Shown here piece by piece: positions 58,433 through 64,000 of a DNA stretch of 64,000 nt (the stretch's first letter is position 1; the number at the start of each line of letters is the position of its first letter). The notes under the pieces are model-generated. The model was not told where the DNA came from. It saw nothing but the letters and a program-made list of their open reading frames with translations, and searched no databases. A program made the position numbers and the translations under genes. Source of the stretch: a virus; IMG/VR virus record IMGVR_UViG_3300025133_000049, positions 30,788-94,787 of that record; one strand, written 5' to 3'.

Positions 58433-59860
58433 ATGGTAGATAATAGTGAAAATACAGCATGGAATGATCTACATAATAATAATAGATGTCCTATTAATGA
58501 TACAGGTGTAGACGGTGCACCAGTAGCATTAGGTGGGTTTAACCCTAATTGGGCCAATGGTTCTATCAATCAAGCATTAAATTCTACATGGACTATTAAT
58601 AATGGTGTTGTAGAAGCTGAAGATCAAGAGAACTTCGATGGCTTAATTATGGATTTAAAGCAGTGTGGAAGCTACGTATTTCAAGATATGTTATATGGAT
58701 ACCTTGGGGACTCAGTCGGTCAATCTCCTGGAGATATGATGTCGTACAGAGCATACCCAACCCCTGTAATATCTACAGAAACCTGGAGTAGAGCAGACGT
58801 TGCTTCTCTAGTTGGATATTTACCGGACGGAACTAAATTAGTTACTGCAGGTCAGTTCATCATAATGAACTATGAAGCTAGTATATCCAGGTACTTACCC
58901 TTCGATATTGTATGGGAAGTTAAAGTAAACACTACACAAGGGGATCCTAGTCCAATTGCATATGAAGTAAAGATTGCTTCCGGGGCCTCTGTTATAACTC
59001 ATACTAGATTTGTAGGGGATACAGAATGGTTACCAGCTACTGCTGGGAAGGTCTGGACCTCCTCAGATTCATCTTCTTTTACTGGAGATGTTACCATGAG
59101 CTCGGTACCAAGTAACTTCGCCCAGGCTCCTTATTATGGCACATTGGAAACTAACGATGAGGTAATAACTCAAGTAGAGTATGAAGATGTACCAGCTGCT
59201 ACTAATGGTGAATTTTATGAATCGAACTTCTATGAATCAGGCTTCTACACTGGTGGTACTGCACCATCAGCAACTAAATATGTATTCGATGGCACTGCAA
59301 ACTCGTGGTTTGAATTAGACCAAAATGATATGCTTAATGACGTTGTCGCTCAATCATGGGTTATAAAAGGAAAGATAACTGCATCAGGAGTGAACGCTTC
59401 ATTCATTGGGCAAAGTACCAGTGGTGTTAATCTACGTTTTGGCGTAACAAGTACTGATACGTTTAGATGGAGATTGAATAATTCTAATGTATCTGGTAGT
59501 TCATTCGATGATAATGAGCATATATACATAGCTACTTATGATGGAACATTTATGAAAGTCTACCAAGATGGAGTTGAAATGCTTTCAAGCAATGACCCCG
59601 ACTGGACTGGCTCTGCTGATGGTAGAACTGCTGCAATAGGTCGCTCTTCATCATCGATGGTCTTTGTAGGTGAACAAGAAGAAGTTCAGTTTTATAACAA
59701 AGCGTTAAGTCAATCAGAAATAGATGATTTGCAAATTGATTTGAGCGATACTGCAACAGGGTTAGTTGCTCGTTTTGCTGGTCAGAAAACTGCATCAACT
59801 TGGACAAGTGAAGTTAATGGATATACTGCAACAAATCAAGGTGGTGTTACGCTTGTGTAA
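58433..59860 (+). CDS. virion protein with C-terminal LamG-like domain (paralog of 56036..56722)
   Basis: C-terminal ~200 aa align by eye with 56036..56722 (YVFDG..VQFYNK.LS..GL.A.FAGQKT..TWTSE..TNQGGVT). Confidence 0.8.
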   Translation: MVDNSENTAWNDLHNNNRCPINDTGVDGAPVALGGFNPNWANGSINQALNSTWTINNGVVEAEDQENFDGLIMDLKQCGSYVFQDMLYGYLGDSVGQSPGDMMSYRAYPTPVISTETWSRADVASLVGYLPDGTKLVTAGQFIIMNYEASISRYLPFDIVWEVKVNTTQGDPSPIAYEVKIASGASVITHTRFVGDTEWLPATAGKVWTSSDSSSFTGDVTMSSVPSNFAQAPYYGTLETNDEVITQVEYEDVPAATNGEFYESNFYESGFYTGGTAPSATKYVFDGTANSWFELDQNDMLNDVVAQSWVIKGKITASGVNASFIGQSTSGVNLRFGVTSTDTFRWRLNNSNVSGSSFDDNEHIYIATYDGTFMKVYQDGVEMLSSNDPDWTGSADGRTAAIGRSSSSMVFVGEQEEVQFYNKALSQSEIDDLQIDLSDTATGLVARFAGQKTASTWTSEVNGYTATNQGGVTLV

Positions 59861-59904
59861 ATAATTAACAAAGGTGATATTTAAAAAAAATAAAAAAATA
59901 AATC

Positions 59905-62355
59905 ATGATACAGAAAAACATAAGAGAATGGTTAGGAGTACCTTACACTAACGCAGAGGCAGATGAACTAACACAAGAGTTAAATGACAGAACACTTTAC
60001 GGTGTTGATGGGTATAACTCAATATCAGAAATAGGTGCTAAATTAAAAGCCAGTGAGGATGCTATCGCAGCAAACACATCAGTCCTAATGTCAGGATTAG
60101 CGACTTTGTTTGGTTATCAAGAAGATTTGGAGAGTATTTCAACACCTTACATAATATCAAGTGAGGATGCAACTGTTCATGCAAATTCAGGAAAAGGAAC
60201 TGCTGACCCTAACGGAATAGATGGCTTGCATTTCACAAACAGTGCAGACCCAACAAATAAAATAAATTGGTATTACCTAAGTAATGCAACAAGAACCTCA
60301 TCAGAAACAACAACAACTCTTAAAGGTGGTTACGCTATTATAACAGTTTATGCTACTGGTGTTTGTTATTTTAACATATACACTAAGCGTAAAAATGATG
60401 GTCAAGATTTTTCTTGGTACAGGTCAAGGATAACTTATTTGACTTACAATGCTTTTGATAATTATGTAAATCAAAAGGTTGTTATTTATTGGGGAGAAAA
60501 CCCTAGTGTATATCCTGACTTGCCACGTATAGAAATGGATTATGATTCGTTTAGCTCTGATGGACCTCAAGGAGATGATGAGGAAATCTTTTTAAGTGCA
60601 TTAAATACTTCAACAAATTATTCTGCTGGAACTTATAGTTTTACTGCTGAATCATTAGGTTACATCAATGATGGGAAAAATCACAACTTTATATGTACAC
60701 ACCATACAGATACAACTGCATTAACACAAAGCTACAATTCTGTAAGTCAGAGTTTGTTAAATGTTTCTCAAGATGTAAATGCTTTAACAACTTTTTTAAA
60801 TGCTGTTGAATTAGGTAGGTTTTTTAGAGGCTACGTAATGGATGAAGCTGAGATGTTAGCACTTACAAGTCCTTTAATTTATCAATACGCTATAAGGGTT
60901 GATACTTTAACAATATGGGAATATAACGGTACGGATTGGTACGACACTACGATTGAAGCAAGTGTTTCGGGAATAACACAAGAAGAAGAACTTGTATTGT
61001 CTTATTCAAACACACATTACATTGATTTAGATGGAGTAAATGACTATATCAATTTAACTAATGTAGATGCTAAGGTTTTAGATTTTACTGAAAGTTGGTC
61101 TTTAGGTTATGAAGTTGAAGATGTTAGTACTGTTAATGACAGTAGTTACACGACTTTATTCAAAAGAGGTGATAACGAAATAACTTTAAGAAAGGGTGGT
61201 ACAAATTGGGGTATTTATGTTTTTTGTAATGGTCAGTCTATTGCACAGGCTAATACATGGCACGCACCACAATCGGGTAGTAAAATATTTATAACTTGTA
61301 ATGGAAGTAGAATAGTTTATTATTTAGATGGTTGGCAACGTGCAAGCATGAGCATTAATGCAACAACCGTATTAAACAACAATCCAACAGGTGATTTGCA
61401 AGTTGGAAACGGCGGGGTCATGGGTTCTAATTGGTATGGAGGTGTAAATAATCTTATGATTATGGAAGGTTCTCAAGCTGTTTTAGGTCATGATGAAACT
61501 GTTGAGTATTTTAGCAAACAAGACGTAACAACATTAAGTTTTTACCCTTCTATACATGACTTTATACCATTAGGGGAAAGACCTTATCCAAACGTCTTAG
61601 GATTAAAGCAAGTTGTTGAGGGTACTTTAGAAAACGGATTAGAGAGTAATTACTACCAAAGAGCAGTAGCTGGTGCAATAGGAACACCATTTACAGATTT
61701 GCCAGGTCAGTACATTAAGTTAGATGGAACAAACAACTACTTAAACTTTCCAAGCGTAGATTCTGATATTTTGGACTTTACTAAAAAATGGGCAGTTTCC
61801 ATGAAAATTAAAAATGTTTCAGGTGTAAACAACGCATCTAAAACAGTACTATTTAAAAGAGGTAAAAATGAGATTACACTTGTAAAAGGTGGTACAAATT
61901 GGGGACTTTACGTTTATTGTGATGGTCTTTCAATAGGTCAAGCTAATACATGGTATGCACCTACATTTGATAGTGATATTGTTTTCATTTGTTCAGGCAC
62001 TAAACTTGAATACTATTTAAACGGTGCAAGAAGGGCTTATTTAACTTTTAATGGGAATATTTCTAATAATGACCCAGTAGGAGATTTAATCATAGGTGAA
62101 GCTGGTATTGTTGGTGGTGATTGGTACGGAGGAATTAAAGATTCTTTTATAATGAAAGGCAACAATTCACAATTAACAAGTGCACAAGTTAATGAGTATA
62201 GAAACAACACGACACCATCGAGTTTAAGTTATTACTCTGATTTGTTAGACTATTTGCCATTTGGTGCTGATACTTTCCCTAACATAGTAGGTTTAAAGGG
62301 TGTTGTTAGTGGTGCTTTAGTAGGTGGTAATGAAAATGATTTTGTAAATATTTAA
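59905..62355 (+). CDS. protein with two tandem LamG-like domains (adhesin)
   Basis: Internal duplication Y(I)xLDGxNxY..LFKRGxNEITLxKGGTNWGxYVxCxGxSIxQANTWxAP at ~61018 and ~61711. Confidence 0.8.
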   Translation: MIQKNIREWLGVPYTNAEADELTQELNDRTLYGVDGYNSISEIGAKLKASEDAIAANTSVLMSGLATLFGYQEDLESISTPYIISSEDATVHANSGKGTADPNGIDGLHFTNSADPTNKINWYYLSNATRTSSETTTTLKGGYAIITVYATGVCYFNIYTKRKNDGQDFSWYRSRITYLTYNAFDNYVNQKVVIYWGENPSVYPDLPRIEMDYDSFSSDGPQGDDEEIFLSALNTSTNYSAGTYSFTAESLGYINDGKNHNFICTHHTDTTALTQSYNSVSQSLLNVSQDVNALTTFLNAVELGRFFRGYVMDEAEMLALTSPLIYQYAIRVDTLTIWEYNGTDWYDTTIEASVSGITQEEELVLSYSNTHYIDLDGVNDYINLTNVDAKVLDFTESWSLGYEVEDVSTVNDSSYTTLFKRGDNEITLRKGGTNWGIYVFCNGQSIAQANTWHAPQSGSKIFITCNGSRIVYYLDGWQRASMSINATTVLNNNPTGDLQVGNGGVMGSNWYGGVNNLMIMEGSQAVLGHDETVEYFSKQDVTTLSFYPSIHDFIPLGERPYPNVLGLKQVVEGTLENGLESNYYQRAVAGAIGTPFTDLPGQYIKLDGTNNYLNFPSVDSDILDFTKKWAVSMKIKNVSGVNNASKTVLFKRGKNEITLVKGGTNWGLYVYCDGLSIGQANTWYAPTFDSDIVFICSGTKLEYYLNGARRAYLTFNGNISNNDPVGDLIIGEAGIVGGDWYGGIKDSFIMKGNNSQLTSAQVNEYRNNTTPSSLSYYSDLLDYLPFGADTFPNIVGLKGVVSGALVGGNENDFVNI

Positions 62356-62364
62356 AATAATAAA

Positions 62365-62841
62365 ATGAAAAATTTATTCATAGTCAAAAATATAAGTTCG
62401 GGGGATATAAACAATCCCTCGACTTATAGAAAAGACGCAACCTTAAACGGACATACTTATTCTTTAATTAAGAAAAATGGTACAGTAATTCCAACAGGAG
62501 ATTATGTGTTTCAGCTAAGTGAAAACGAATTTAAAGCTGCTTACAGTCTACCTATTTTTACAGACGTTTTTAATGGCATAAGAGAATATAAAAGATTAGA
62601 TAAGGAGTTTTGTCGTGAAGTAGAATTACAATTTGAATCAGATGCAGGTAGTCTGTCTAAAAGTGATACAGACACTTTGATTAACTTATTGGATCAGGTT
62701 ACTATTTACTTAGACAGAAATAGTCCTCAGCACGTTTACTCAGAGTTACAAAATGTTATACCAAATGTTTTATTTCCCCAAGTTGTAAAAGATAAATATC
62801 TACTAATTTTAGAAACACATTTAAATAAATTTCCAAGATAA
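62365..62841 (+). CDS. hypothetical protein (possible fibre assembly chaperone)
   Basis: ORF track; co-transcribed with the LamG gene. Confidence 0.7.
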   Translation: MKNLFIVKNISSGDINNPSTYRKDATLNGHTYSLIKKNGTVIPTGDYVFQLSENEFKAAYSLPIFTDVFNGIREYKRLDKEFCREVELQFESDAGSLSKSDTDTLINLLDQVTIYLDRNSPQHVYSELQNVIPNVLFPQVVKDKYLLILETHLNKFPR

Positions 62842-62962
62842 TTACTAAATGAATTTATTATTATTATTATTATGCGATTGCAATAAAAACAATTTGTAAT
62901 CATATTTTGATTACATTTGAGCAATCCTACGGGAAACCGTATTTTCCTTTAATAACCTAAAC

Positions 62963-63412
62963 ATGAAATACCTAATTATTTTTTTATTGCTTTTTTTTCT
63001 GGGATGCAAATCCAAAAAAGAGTACATATACAAGGATAAGTATATTGATAATACAGAGATAAAGCATACTAAAGAGACAGTATTCACGGGTGGGAAAACA
63101 ACCACTATCATTCCGTGTAAAGAGATAAATCAAGTTGTAAAATTGGGGAATACAACAGTTAAGGTCTCAGCAATCAAGGACACGATAGGAATTGTTAAAG
63201 TAGATATCGTTCAGAAAGAATCGGTCTCGATTGATGCCATTAAGATAAATGACAATAAAGAGATTGTAAAGGAGCGTGAAAAGGAAATTATTTATAAGAG
63301 ATACATCCCGAAATATATTTGGTATATTTTGGGAGTCTCTCTGCTTTTGAATATTTGGGCATATAGAACACAAATATTAGTGTTTATAAGAAAACTAATA
63401 ATCAAAGTATGA
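62963..63412 (+). CDS. lipoprotein with C-terminal TM helix (unimolecular spanin architecture)
   Basis: Signal and lipobox MKYLIIFLLLFFLG-C; C-terminal YIWYILGVSLLLNIW followed by a basic tail. Confidence 0.7.
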   Translation: MKYLIIFLLLFFLGCKSKKEYIYKDKYIDNTEIKHTKETVFTGGKTTTIIPCKEINQVVKLGNTTVKVSAIKDTIGIVKVDIVQKESVSIDAIKINDNKEIVKEREKEIIYKRYIPKYIWYILGVSLLLNIWAYRTQILVFIRKLIIKV

Positions 63413-63432
63413 AGACTCCCCGTTAATGAGTT

Positions 63433-64000
63433 ATGACAAAGATTAGAATTAGGTTAAAAAAAGAAGAAACAGAAACGTTAGGATTAGATTGGAAAGGAAA
63501 AGAAAAAGGAAACCGAAATCCTAAGTACACAATTACCACAGAACAACTCTCCCAGATCAGGGATTTTAAACCAAAAGAAGTAAAAGACTACAATTTTGGA
63601 ACTACCACAGATACTTCTACCTCGGACTACCCGAGTGGAAACGAAGGTGTTACACTTAACGCTTGGAATCATAAAACGGGTAAAGTAATGACCTTGGAGG
63701 AATACTGCGAGGAGTATTCAATTAACATCAATCATGTTACTTCATATAAGAGGGTAGATTACCAAGGAACTCCGACATACAATGTAGCTTGTCATGTTGA
63801 CAGAGACATTAAGGAGATTTTAGATGTAGATTTTATAGAGAAAATAGTTAAGGAAAATGTTGAGAAAATCAAGATGCCTAATCTTTATAGAATGGATCCG
63901 GTTCCTACAACCTATGTGGATAGATTAATGTTCTCGGACGTTCATATCGGAATGGATGTGGACCCGGAAGGAATCGCTCCTTATGGTTTTAAATGGAATG
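63433..64000 (+). CDS. calcineurin-like metallophosphoesterase (truncated by window edge)
   Basis: Manual translation MTKIRIRLKKEE... open to the end of the window; LMFSDVHIG (DxH motif I). Confidence 0.7.
   Translation, partial: MTKIRIRLKKEETETLGLDWKGKEKGNRNPKYTITTEQLSQIRDFKPKEVKDYNFGTTTDTSTSDYPSGNEGVTLNAWNHKTGKVMTLEEYCEEYSININHVTSYKRVDYQGTPTYNVACHVDRDIKEILDVDFIEKIVKENVEKIKMPNLYRMDPVPTTYVDRLMFSDVHIGMDVDPEGIAPYGFKWN

Larger units (their letters stand above)
1..64000. mobile_element. crAss-like (Crassvirales) lytic bacteriophage genome segment
   Basis: Gene order TerL-portal-scaffold-MCP-ring proteins-IHF-ring-muzzle-cargo-giant RNAP with DFDID motif is characteristic of crAss-like phages (e.g. 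Cellulophaga phage phi14:2, crAss001). No host genes or integrase seen. Confidence 0.95.

Noticed and set aside
56036-59860. Diversity-generating retroelement (TR/VR pair) suggested by similar 3' ends of two LamG genes
   Set aside because: Both copies are coding, differences are not adenine-specific, and there is no reverse transcriptase in the window.
5500-63672. Numerous minus-strand and short alternate-frame ORFs in the track (e.g. 13318..13764, 23944..24381, 40114..40566)
   Set aside because: Shadows of real plus-strand genes: Ser/Leu/Phe-rich, with no leaders or motifs.
1-64000. Prophage or integrative element
   Set aside because: No integrase, att sites or bacterial genes in the window.

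Overview
This 64 kb window is an AT-rich fragment of a crAss-like (Crassvirales) podovirus genome using the standard code 11. The host is probably a Bacteroidota/Flavobacteriia member, since TAnnTTTG promoters are present and Shine-Dalgarno sites are not apparent. Bases 1-4.5 kb (minus strand) hold a dense array of tiny early genes, many of them single-TM proteins, interrupted by two ~0.5 kb hairpin-rich non-coding blocks. The strand switches at ~4.5-4.75 kb. The plus strand then carries the canonical crAss-like late module in order: HTH/HU-like genes, terminase, portal, scaffold-like protein, major capsid protein, ring proteins, muzzle, and five large ejected cargo proteins. The cargo proteins include a tail-lysozyme protein, a zincin-protease protein and a 2382-aa virion RNA polymerase (DFDID) with an inserted PD-(D/E)XK nuclease domain. 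After them come mosaic tail fibre/FN3/LamG adhesin genes, a lysis cassette and a truncated metallophosphoesterase. The most striking observation is that, by manual reading, the five cargo proteins (7,036 aa) contain only four cysteines. All four lie at the facing C-terminal/N-terminal ends of consecutive proteins, which suggests a head-to-tail, redox-releasable chain for ordered protein ejection. All family assignments come from motif recognition and synteny by eye; no database searches were run.
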